Of a stretch of DNA of 64,000 nt, positions 56,230-64,000 are shown piece by piece. Position numbers and translations under genes: made by a program. Position 1 is the first letter of the stretch, and each line of letters starts with the position of its first letter. The notes beneath the pieces are model-generated. The model was given only the letters and a program-made list of their open reading frames with translations. It had not been told where the DNA came from and did not search any database. The stretch is from Thermoanaerobaculia bacterium (lineage in GTDB: Bacteria > Acidobacteriota > Thermoanaerobaculia > UBA5066), in assembly GCA_038245905.1 (NCBI GenBank), contig JBBRRY010000019.1, positions 9,072-73,071 on the forward strand, in the 5' to 3' direction.

Positions 56230-57201
56230 TCAGATGAGCCCGCCGGTGAGCGCGAGGACGCGCACATGATCGACCGCCGCAGCCGCCGTGGCCTCGGGGT
56301 GATAGCCCCCCTCGAGCAGCGACACGAGGCGCCCGCCCGCGAATGTCCCTGCCACGTCCTCGAGGGCTCGCGTCATCCACGAGAATCCCTCCGTCGTGAC
56401 GTTCATGCCGCCGATCGGATCGAGGCCGTGGGCGTCGAAGCCCGCGCTCACGAGGACGACCTCGGGGCGGAAGCGTTCGGAGAGCCTCTCGAGCGCCGAC
56501 GCGAAGCCGCCCGCATACGCCGCGTCTCCCGCCCCCTGGGGAAGCGGCACGTTTTTCGTCGTGCCCCGGCCGCGGCCGGCCCCCTCTTCGTCGGCCGCGC
56601 CCGTGCCCGGATAGAAGGGATATCGGTGAACCGAGAGGTAGGCGACGCGCCCGTCCTCCCAGAACAGCTCCTGCGTGCCGTTGCCGTGGTGCACGTCGAA
56701 ATCGGCCACCAGGACGCGCGCGACCCCGTGATGTTCGATGAGGTCTTTCGCAGCGATCGCGATCGTATTCAGGAAGCAGAAGCCCATGGCGCGCGACGCG
56801 AGCGCGTGATGGCCCGGCGGCCGTGCGGCCACGAAGACCGAGGCGGCGCGCCCCGCGACGACCGCGTCGGTCGCCGCGAGCGTCAACGACACGGCGCGCA
56901 AGGACGCCTCGAACGTGGCGCCCGAAATCGGGTTGTCAGGAGAGTCGAAAAGCGAGAACGGCCCCGGGGCGCCCTCCGGCGCGCTCCGACACACGTCCGC
57001 GAGCCGCTTCACATAGCCGGCGTCGTGCACGCGCTCGACCGCCGCAAGCGTCCTCTCGGGAGCGTCCGGCGATTCGATCAGCCGCCCATCCTGCCGCAGA
57101 GTCGCGACAACGACCTCGAGCCGGTGCGCCGTCTCGGGGTGGTACGGGCCCGTGTCGTGCCGGAGCACGACGGGGTCGAAATACACCGGGACGGCACGCA
57201 C
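56230..57201 (-). CDS. Histone deacetylase family (class II-like) amidohydrolase
   Basis: HPE, RPPGHHA, GFC, DFDVHHGNGTQ, SAGFDAH and LEGGY motifs; GTG start at ~57201. Confidence 0.92.
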   Translation of the reverse strand: MRAVPVYFDPVVLRHDTGPYHPETAHRLEVVVATLRQDGRLIESPDAPERTLAAVERVHDAGYVKRLADVCRSAPEGAPGPFSLFDSPDNPISGATFEASLRAVSLTLAATDAVVAGRAASVFVAARPPGHHALASRAMGFCFLNTIAIAAKDLIEHHGVARVLVADFDVHHGNGTQELFWEDGRVAYLSVHRYPFYPGTGAADEEGAGRGRGTTKNVPLPQGAGDAAYAGGFASALERLSERFRPEVVLVSAGFDAHGLDPIGGMNVTTEGFSWMTRALEDVAGTFAGGRLVSLLEGGYHPEATAAAAVDHVRVLALTGGLI

Positions 57202-57241
57202 GTTCCCGAATCTACTCCAACGGTGGGCTACCATCGAGCTC

Positions 57242-58330
57242 ATGGCTCCGGGGAACAGGACTCTCCGCGTCGCGATCTCGCTCGGGCTCGCCGCGCTTCT
57301 CCTCGTCCTCTTCCTCAGGACCCTCGATTTTGCCGCCGTGGGCCGGGCCATCGCCGCCGCCCACGTTCCGTGGCTCGTCGTCGCCACGCTCGCCGGCCTC
57401 CTCGGCACGCCGCTCCTCAGGTCGTGGCGGTGGGGTCTGCTCCTGAAGAAGGCCGGGAGCCCCACTCCCCTGCAGCTCAACTCGGCCACGGCCATCGGCT
57501 TCGCGGCCTCGACGCTGCTTCCCGCGCGCGCCGGCGAGATCGTGCGCCCGGTCGCCCTCGCGAAGAACGCCGGGCTTCCCGTGGCTCCGTGCCTCGCCTC
57601 CATCGCCCTCGAGCGCCTCATCGACCTCGTGACGGTCATCGCACTTTTCGTCGCGTACGCGATCGGCTGGGCGCCGGTGGGGATGGGCGGCGAGGAGGCG
57701 GGGCGATTCGAGCTCCTGCGCCGCTCGGCGTTCCTCCTGGGACTCGGCACGCTCGTCGGCCTCGCCTTCCTCGGCTTCCTGGCGGCGAAGCCAGCGCGCG
57801 TCGACCGCCTCGTGAGGCCGTTCCTCCGGCCCCTGCCCGGCCGGATCGGCGCGAAGATCGAGTCGATCCTCCATTCGTTCCTCGACGGCCTCGGCGCGCT
57901 GGGCACCCTGCGCGACCTCCTCGTGGTGGCAGCGGCGTCCTTTCTCCTCTGGATGCTCATCTCCTTCCAGATCTGGTCCACGCTGCGCGCGTTCGACCTC
58001 GTCTTTCCGTTTCCCGTCACGTTCTTCGTGCTCACGTGGGCCGTCCTCGGCCTCGCCATCCCGACACCGGGCGGCGTGGGCGGCTATCACGCGGCGGTCG
58101 CGTATTCCCTGACCGGGTTCTACGGCGTCTCGAAGAACACGGCGGCGGCGTTCGCGCTCGTCTCGCACGCGCTCTCGTTCGTGCCGATCACGCTCGTCGG
58201 CCTCGCGTTCCTCGTGGCCGGCGGACTCAGCTTGAAGAGCCTGGCGAACGCGCCGTCGACGCCAGAGCCATCGAGTAGTCCGAGCCCCACACCCCCGGAT
58301 TCGACTCCAGCATCTCGACCCCGAGCTTGA
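57242..58330 (+). CDS. Lysylphosphatidylglycerol synthase TM/UPF0104 family protein
   Basis: RSWRWGLLL, LPARAGEIVR, LERLID and PTPGGVGGYH motifs. Confidence 0.88.
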   Translation: MAPGNRTLRVAISLGLAALLLVLFLRTLDFAAVGRAIAAAHVPWLVVATLAGLLGTPLLRSWRWGLLLKKAGSPTPLQLNSATAIGFAASTLLPARAGEIVRPVALAKNAGLPVAPCLASIALERLIDLVTVIALFVAYAIGWAPVGMGGEEAGRFELLRRSAFLLGLGTLVGLAFLGFLAAKPARVDRLVRPFLRPLPGRIGAKIESILHSFLDGLGALGTLRDLLVVAAASFLLWMLISFQIWSTLRAFDLVFPFPVTFFVLTWAVLGLAIPTPGGVGGYHAAVAYSLTGFYGVSKNTAAAFALVSHALSFVPITLVGLAFLVAGGLSLKSLANAPSTPEPSSSPSPTPPDSTPASRPRA

Positions 58331-58580
58331 AGAAGCCTGTCTGGTCGAGCCCCGCCTGCCAGACGACCCGGCAGTGGCACAGAACGCGCGTGCGCACGTT
58401 CTCGAGCTCGAAGATGTCTCCCACCGTCACGTTCCGTTGCGCGTAAAGAAGCGCTCCATGACTGTTCACGATCAGTGTCGATCCGCTGAACCTCTGGCCT
58501 TCCCAGCGCAGTCCGATCGGAATCCGCACCTCAACGCGCGGACTCCGACGCAGCTCATGGTACGCAGCCGGATCGAGCAC
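58227..58580 (-). CDS. Stand-alone PilZ domain protein
   Basis: RRSPR (RxxxR), VNSHG (variant of DxSxxG), CRVVW and LGVEM motifs. Confidence 0.75.
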   Translation of the reverse strand: MLDPAAYHELRRSPRVEVRIPIGLRWEGQRFSGSTLIVNSHGALLYAQRNVTVGDIFELENVRTRVLCHCRVVWQAGLDQTGFFKLGVEMLESNPGVWGSDYSMALASTARSPGSSS

Positions 58581-58626
58581 GGGAACGACCTCCGGAGACT
58601 CATTATCCCCGACGACGGTCAGATTC

Positions 58627-58818
58627 CTAGGAGCCGCCCTCGGCCTCCGACTTCGGCGGAGCCTTTTCGTTGATCCGCTCGTGGCATTTCTTGCAGACGA
58701 ACGTGTTCAGCGAGGCAACGAAAGTCCACTCGTCGGACTTGTCCACGTCGCAGAAGAAGCACCGTCGCCGCCGCCGCGGCGCGACCGTCTCGTCGAACGG
58801 TTCAGCCTTATCGGTCAC
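58627..58818 (-). CDS. Small ClpX-type C4 zinc-finger protein (63 aa)
   Basis: CFFC...VCKKC; GTG start at 58818. Confidence 0.55.
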   Translation of the reverse strand: MTDKAEPFDETVAPRRRRRCFFCDVDKSDEWTFVASLNTFVCKKCHERINEKAPPKSEAEGGS

Positions 58819-58857
58819 CCTGGGGCAAGTCTGGGCGAAGAAAGTGCGGGAATCAAG

Positions 58858-59049
58858 GGAGAGAAGCCCACGTGCCGGAATTGCCCGACCCACTGCTACA
58901 CGCGGGACAAGCGCGCGCAGATGCACGAGGTCATGCGCTTCGCAGGTCCCCGCATGTTCCTCCGCCACCCCGTCCTCGCGTACGGGCACCTTCGTGACGA
59001 GAAGAAGAGTCGGCGCCCCGGACGCGCCGGACTGCGAGCGTCGGCGTAA
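58858..59049 (+). pseudogene. ygbA: 3' remnant of a YgbA (nitrous oxide-stimulated promoter) family gene
   Basis: EKPTCRNCPTHCY...MHEVMRFAGPRMFLRHP matches the YgbA C-terminal half; the N-terminal Cys/His half is absent. Confidence 0.7.
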
Positions 59050-59154
59050 GGGATCCGTTCCTCCCCGTTGGCGAGGCCCAGCGTCAAGTCGGCCGACGAG
59101 CGTTGGAAGCTCCGCCCGTCTCGCACTCCCTGAAGAGATCCTGGACCTCCGCCG

Positions 59155-59322
59155 ATGAGAAAGAACCTGAAGCGAAAGCGTCGCTCGTGCGGCCTCTGCA
59201 AGCCGCACAAGACCGGGATTCAGCGGCGCTGGACGCCGAAGGAGTTTGACGCCCGAACTCGCGCTGAGCGGGAGATCCGCTCAGGTTACGCCGCGCCCTT
59301 GGCCGATCAGAGCCCGCGATAG
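59155..59322 (+). CDS. Small basic protein with a CxxCKPHK motif (55 aa)
   Basis: MRKNLKRKRRSCGLCKPHKTGIQRRWTPKE...; below the ORF-track cutoff, translated by hand. Confidence 0.55.
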   Translation: MRKNLKRKRRSCGLCKPHKTGIQRRWTPKEFDARTRAEREIRSGYAAPLADQSPR

Positions 59323-59570
59323 GCCGTCGGCCGCGGCCTGACGCGCGTCACCGTCACCACTCGCGCCGCGTCATCGATCTCGAAAAGAATCCGGTAGTCG
59401 CCCACGCGGACCCGGTAGAGCCCCGGATGACCGCGCATGGCCTTGACTCCATGCGGCCGTGGGTCTTCCTGGAGCGTGAGGAAATAGGGGTCGAGACGCC
59501 TTCGGACGATGAGAGGGAGCCGAAGGAATTCACGCTGCGCCGAGGAAACGAAGTCGAGACTGTAGGACAA
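59307..59570 (-). CDS. relE: RelE/ParE family toxin
   Basis: DPRPHGVKAMRG..GLYRVRVGDYRILFEID. Confidence 0.9.
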   Translation of the reverse strand: MSYSLDFVSSAQREFLRLPLIVRRRLDPYFLTLQEDPRPHGVKAMRGHPGLYRVRVGDYRILFEIDDAARVVTVTRVRPRPTAYRGL

Positions 59571-59573
59571 GCC

Positions 59574-59825
59574 TTACAGCCCGGCGCGCTTGCGGACCTC
59601 GGCGTAGGGGATCCTCTTCTCCTTGGGGTTGGCGAGGCGGGAGGCCGAGACGCCCACGTCAAAGCGGTCCTCCAGCTCCTCGAGGAGCTTGAGATCCGCG
59701 ATCGAGACGACCGCAGCAACAGGCCTCTTCCCACGGCGGACGATCACCCGCTCGCCATGGAGGGCGCGGTCGAGGGCGGATTCGCTCACGGGGGCAGACG
59801 GCTTCCTGACAGCAACTCGGCTCAT
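59574..59825 (-). CDS. Phd/YefM-like antitoxin
   Basis: GERVIVRRGKRPVAAVVSIADLKLLEELED; directly upstream of the toxin. Confidence 0.85.
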   Translation of the reverse strand: MSRVAVRKPSAPVSESALDRALHGERVIVRRGKRPVAAVVSIADLKLLEELEDRFDVGVSASRLANPKEKRIPYAEVRKRAGL

Positions 59826-59930
59826 ACGCTAGCTATTCTACGGCCCCTTGAGCTTCCCGTCTTCTCCCTTGCCAGGGCTACCCTCAGCTCCCGTCATAGA
59901 GTTGCGCAGCGCCCCTCAAAGGAGCCACCC

Positions 59931-61169
59931 ATGCGCACTTCTTGCCCGCCGCGAGGCGGCGGTTCTGGCCTTGCCGCCCTTCTCCGAGCCACCCACCTTC
60001 TCGGCCTCGCCTTCGGTTCGGCCCTCGGGAAACTGCGCGAGTCGGGTCTGACCGCACAGGCAATGTTCGCGAAGGCCGAGGAGCAGGCGATGCTCGTGCG
60101 GATGCTCCGCGAGGCGGCAGAGATCCTCGGCGAGCGCTGGGACAGGGTGCCCGACCGGGCCCGCCTGCACTACACGCCGGAGCAGAGGTTTCGGATCCTG
60201 CAGATCAAGACGTTCCTCGGTCTCTCGCAGCGTGAGGCGGCCAGGTTTTTCCGGGTGTCGATCGAGACGATCGGACGCTGGGACGAGGAGGCGCTGAGCG
60301 GGCGCGAGGAGGAAGACGTGCCCGCGCTGGTCCGCCCGTCGCCACCCGTCCGCCGGTTCTCTGACGTCGTGAGAGCGGTCGCGAAGACCCTCGTGACGGC
60401 TGGCGTCGGAGGCAACGACCTGATCGCCCGGACGCTGGCGCGAGCCGGATGGAAGCTTTCGGCGCGGACAGTCGCGAGGATCCGCCGAGAGCGCTGGCCG
60501 CCTCCTCGGGCGCCAGCGGCGGCCTCGAAGGCCCCACGCGCGGTGAGGGCGCGGCGCCCGAATCACGTCTGGATGGCGGACCTGACCGACGTGCGAGGGC
60601 TGTTCGGGCTCGTGACGTTCAAGATCGCGGTCGTGTTTGATGTGTTTTCGAGGATGCCGCTCTCGATGCGGGTTTTCGCCAAGGAGCCGTCGGCTCGCGA
60701 GATGGCGCGGCTCGTCTCGAGGACAGCGAGGCGATTCGGGAAGCCGGCGCACTTCGTCTCGGACAAAGGGAACTGCTTCAGAGGCGGCGCGTTTCGTCGT
60801 GTGCTCAGACACCTCGGGGCGAGGCCGAGATTCGGTGCGATCGGAAAGAAGGGTTCCATCGCACTGATTGAAAGGCTCTGGCGGACGTTGAAGGATTCGC
60901 TCGGCCTGCGACTACTACGGCCTCTTGTCGCCGAGGATCTTCGGCAAAAGGTCGAGCTCGGCCTCATCCACTACGCGCACTTTCGACCGCACGAGGCTCT
61001 CGCCGGAGCGACGCCGGCGGAAATTTACTTCGCACGGACGCCAGCACATCTCGACGCGATCCCGCCGCCGCGTGGAAGGCCCGGCGAAGGGTCCATGGAT
61101 TCGCCGTTTCGGATCGAGTATCTCGACGCCGAGCGGCGGCTGCCCGTTCTCGTTCGAGAAGCTGCGTAG
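59931..61169 (+). mobile_element. DDE transposase/integrase (HTH + rve core), 412 aa
   Basis: SD AAGGAG before ATG 59931; HTH (LSQREAARFFRVSIETIGRW); PNHVWMAD, VSDKG, IERLWRTLK and RPHEAL motifs; element ends not identified. Confidence 0.85.
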
Positions 61170-61301
61170 AGCCAGGACTCCTTGAGTCGATGAAGTGCGT
61201 CGGAGTCGGTCGAACTGCGCGCGAGGGCGGGGGCGGCCAAGGCTCCGATCCTGGTCTGTACGCGCCACAACTCCCATTGCCTGCCTACAGAGTAGCAGAG
61301 A

Positions 61302-62405
61302 GGCGTGTCCGACACGCCCGCCCGTCTCCTGATGCCACGCTCGCCCTGACCCGCACGCCGCAGGCGGCTCCGCAGAAGGGCCGGTTCGACCCGTCGCTCT
61401 TCAAGGCGCGCGCCAGCGGGCCCCTCCTCGGACCTCCCTCCTGGCGCGCGCCTCGAATCCGCCGTGCTAAGCACGGCGGCCGCTGCCGCCTAAACGCTTT
61501 TTAGGCGGCCCGGGTCCTTCTCTTCCCGCTCCGCTCCGTTTCACTCCGCTCCGCGGGGGCCGGCCCTTCTGCTCCGGGGCGCGGCCAGGCCGCGCCCTGC
61601 CGCTGAGCTAAAGCTGCAGCGGACACCGCCCGCCTCTCTCGAGCGCGCTTCGCGCGGGCTTCTAAAGGCGTGGCACTGCGCGTGCCTCGGCGAGCGCGAG
61701 CGCTTGCGGGCCTCATGCTCTCGTGTCCTCAGCCCTCGCGCTCGCGCACGCTCGCGCCACGCCCGTGGATTCTTCCCTTAGCCGCGTCCGCCTCCGGCGG
61801 CGCGGCCGCGCGCAGCGCGGCGGCGCGCTCTCGTGCCCTCGTCGCTCTCCGCGCTGGCGGGAGCGTGCCCGCGAAGGTGGCCGAGCACACGCGAGGCGCG
61901 CAGGCGACCGGAGCGGAAGCCACGCACGCGCACTGCCAGCGCTTTACCGCCCGAGCAAAGCGAGCACCGCCAGCCGCGTGGCCTTGCGCGGCCCGCAGGT
62001 TCGTGGCGCGTGGACCGAGCACGCGACCCGTGCAGCGAAGCGAAGCGGCACATGGGAGCCCGCGCAGGCGCGCGCGCCCTTCAGAGGCGCGCCGCGCAAG
62101 GCCCTTAGCCGCTCGCGCCCGCGCCGGGCGCGCACCTTACGGCCCGCGGCGTTTAACAGAGCCTTCGGTTGCTGTTAAAGGTCGCGGCGCAGCGCAGCGA
62201 GCACGCGACCCGGAGGCGGAAGGGGTGCCACCGCGGAGCGAAGCGCAGCGGGAAATGAAAAGCCCCGGGTACGGTAATGGACCATTACCGGACAGCGACC
62301 ACGCGCGCCAGCGCGTGGATGCGGCGCGCGTGACCGGGATGGGGAAATTGGGGCCACGCCCGGCACGCGCGCCGCAGAGCGCCCGGCTCCCTCACCCCTT
62401 CCGCC
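61302..62405 (+). other. Large hairpin-dense non-coding element
   Basis: More than 10 inverted repeats of about 6-13 bp plus long-range complementarity; no credible CDS. Confidence 0.6.
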
Positions 62406-62445
62406 GGAGCGCCGCGGGGCGCCGGTAGAGCCCACACAACGCACC

Positions 62446-63021
62446 TCACACCTTGCTTGCGGCCCCACGGTTTCTCGTTTCCTGCGGCAGAAAAACGACT
62501 CGATCATTCGGAAACTGCTGCCAAGTCGCGCCCAGGGTGAAGAGTCGCTTCGCTCCTGCCGTGTAGCCGATGTCACGATAAAAGGACTGACCACCTGTCA
62601 CGAGATTCTTCCCAAGGACTCCAAAGCTCAACTGTTTCGACTGTCGAAGCTCTCGTTTAAGCCAACGTAAGTACCTTTCCGGGTGGACTTGCTCTACGTC
62701 GAAATCTTCAGCATGAATTTCCGAGAGCAGCAGGCTCGCCTTCCCAGAGGCTTCTGAAAACTGCCCGGGCCTCACGTCTATCCAGCCTAGGTCGCGTGGC
62801 CTCGCTTCATTCATGCTGATCTGGCGCCTAAAGTCTGTCTTTGGCCCCAAGAACACTCTAAGGGTGTCCGGATCAAGCACGCATTTAGATCCATCCGCCT
62901 CGGACAACCCCCTCGTGGATCCACTAGTGAAGCTAAGACACGCCAGCTCCCACCTGTCGCACACCGTTCTTATCCATGCTTGAAGCTCTCCGGGGACGCA
63001 AAAAACCGTAAGGGAAGCCAC
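62446..63021 (-). CDS. Putative immunity protein for the upstream Rhs toxin
   Basis: Starts 3 nt after the toxin stop; visibly lower GC than core genes; no recognisable family. Confidence 0.65.
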   Translation of the reverse strand: MASLTVFCVPGELQAWIRTVCDRWELACLSFTSGSTRGLSEADGSKCVLDPDTLRVFLGPKTDFRRQISMNEARPRDLGWIDVRPGQFSEASGKASLLLSEIHAEDFDVEQVHPERYLRWLKRELRQSKQLSFGVLGKNLVTGGQSFYRDIGYTAGAKRLFTLGATWQQFPNDRVVFLPQETRNRGAASKV

Positions 63022-63024
63022 GAT

Positions 63025-63927
63025 TCAACGATCGTAGGGCGTGTATCCGGGACGTTGTCCCGTGCGTGTTTCAAGGTCGTCCATTGCGCCGACTTCCCTC
63101 GGGAGTGGCGTGCCATCCGCGGCCGTCTTGCCGACATTCTCACGGTAGTACTCACCTGTTCTCCGGTTTCGGAAAGTGATATCCGGCCTGCGCGCGCTCC
63201 TCAAGCCTCCAGGCGTGCGAATGAATTCTTCTTTCTTGGAACCGCCCGCGATGTGTTCCCAGTCCGGCCCAAGTTCACGCCCCAGCTCTTCAATGCGCCG
63301 CTCGATCGTGAGGTTATGCGGACCAGTGCCCTTCGGCTTCGGGCCGCGCCGCGCGCCGGCGCTCGCGGCCTCCCCCATCTCCGTCTTACTGACGATCTTC
63401 CCGAACTTGTCGCGTCCAACCCTGTAGAGCTTTCCTCCGATTTCCAGTTCCGCCCACTCGAGTGCGACGCCGGCACCGACAACCGAAATGTCACCCATGG
63501 TCTCGTAGCCGCGTTTGACACCTTCGTCGTAGCGAGCCGCGCCGTATTCGATCTCATCCGGCGTTCGCGGCGGCCGCTCGGGCTGTTTCCATAGGTCCCG
63601 CGCAGCCTGCTTCACGCTGGAATTGAACTTCTCCACCACTTCGTAGGGATGCAGGATCGAGTCGAGCATCCCGCTACCCCAGTTACGCAAGAAGCCAGGT
63701 TCCTTTTGAGCCTCCTCCTTCTCCTTCTGAATCCTGTCCTGGCGCTCCATCGCCTCGAGCCAGAGCGGGCCACCTTGCAGCCCCAACGGGTCCGTCCTCT
63801 CGTGCGGCCGTGCTCCGACGAATCCGTACAGGTTCGGGGAGTCGACGTCTCCCATGGGATCTTGGGAGAGCCATCCCACGGTCCCAGATGCAAGTCCGCA
63901 GCTAAAGTCCGCGCATCCCCAATGCAC
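63025..63927 (-). CDS. Orphan Rhs core tip plus C-terminal PD-(D/E)xK-like nuclease toxin
   Basis: WLSQDPMG...NLYGFV...P...TDPLG Rhs cleavage motif, then RRPDIT...ENVGK; the frame is open to the window edge but not Rhs-like upstream of ~63880. Confidence 0.75.
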   Translation of the reverse strand: MHWGCADFSCGLASGTVGWLSQDPMGDVDSPNLYGFVGARPHERTDPLGLQGGPLWLEAMERQDRIQKEKEEAQKEPGFLRNWGSGMLDSILHPYEVVEKFNSSVKQAARDLWKQPERPPRTPDEIEYGAARYDEGVKRGYETMGDISVVGAGVALEWAELEIGGKLYRVGRDKFGKIVSKTEMGEAASAGARRGPKPKGTGPHNLTIERRIEELGRELGPDWEHIAGGSKKEEFIRTPGGLRSARRPDITFRNRRTGEYYRENVGKTAADGTPLPREVGAMDDLETRTGQRPGYTPYDR

Positions 63928-63996
63928 GTCGAGACTTAGCTCGCGCTCGACCAGGTAAACCTTCTGAGAAAAAAGTCTCAGACCCCAGACGCGAGT
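63883..63996 (-). repeat. Imperfect 13-nt direct repeats with ~34-nt phasing
   Basis: ACTCGCGTCTGGG (63984-63996), ACGTGCATTGGGG (63917-63929), ACTTGCATCTGGG (63883-63895). Confidence 0.55.
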
Positions 63997-64000
63997 TTTC

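Noticed and set aside
54241-58278. 1345-aa plus-strand ORF
   Set aside because: Antisense or off-frame to three well-supported genes; Arg-rich composition with no domain motifs
61485-61509. attC-like hairpin GCCGCCTAAA...TTTAGGCGGC
   Set aside because: Too short, lacks the AAC/GTT core pair and L boxes, and there is no integron integrase in the window
61302-62405. Group II intron or CRISPR array as an explanation of the structured region
   Set aside because: No domain V consensus or reverse transcriptase gene; no regularly spaced identical repeats or cas genes
61190-62594. Several Ala/Arg-rich ORFs (e.g. 61670-62428)
   Set aside because: Low-complexity translations of palindromic GC-rich DNA without codon bias or SD sequences

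Overview
This is a high-GC bacterial chromosome segment, probably Acidobacteriota; that assignment is inferred from gene content, the short PheT and the zapA-6S-rny-ymdB order. 1-14.4 kb is a minus-strand housekeeping run: two tRNA-Val, thrS-infC-rpmI-rplT-pheS-pheT-zapB-zapA-6S RNA-rny-ymdB-Trm112-O-antigen ligase-xseA-xseB-ispA. 14.4-32 kb is an envelope cluster. Its core is a five-gene operon of exported proteins with ATGA overlaps at every junction: beta-propeller, VIT-vWA, ~2560-aa TPR-like, unknown 509-aa, and a PBP-like/SpoIID fusion. LysM, lipoprotein and D-Ala-D-Ala dipeptidase genes follow it. A thioester-bearing alpha-2-macroglobulin gene lies 4 kb away. 42-58 kb is mostly ordinary: RapA, transsulfuration enzyme, MFS, Tat, CtpA, exosortase H locus, HDAC, PilZ. 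58.6-64 kb is accessory: small Zn-finger ORFs, a ygbA remnant, a Phd/RelE toxin-antitoxin pair, a DDE transposase, a ~1.1 kb hairpin-dense non-coding element, and an orphan Rhs toxin-immunity cassette preceded by phased direct repeats. An AT-rich motif (CCTTCTNAGAAA) recurs across the window. The best candidates for undescribed systems are the VIT/TPR/PBP-SpoIID operon, the structured element after the transposase, the repeat-headed Rhs cassette and the dispersed motif. All calls come from reading the sequence by eye; no searches were run.
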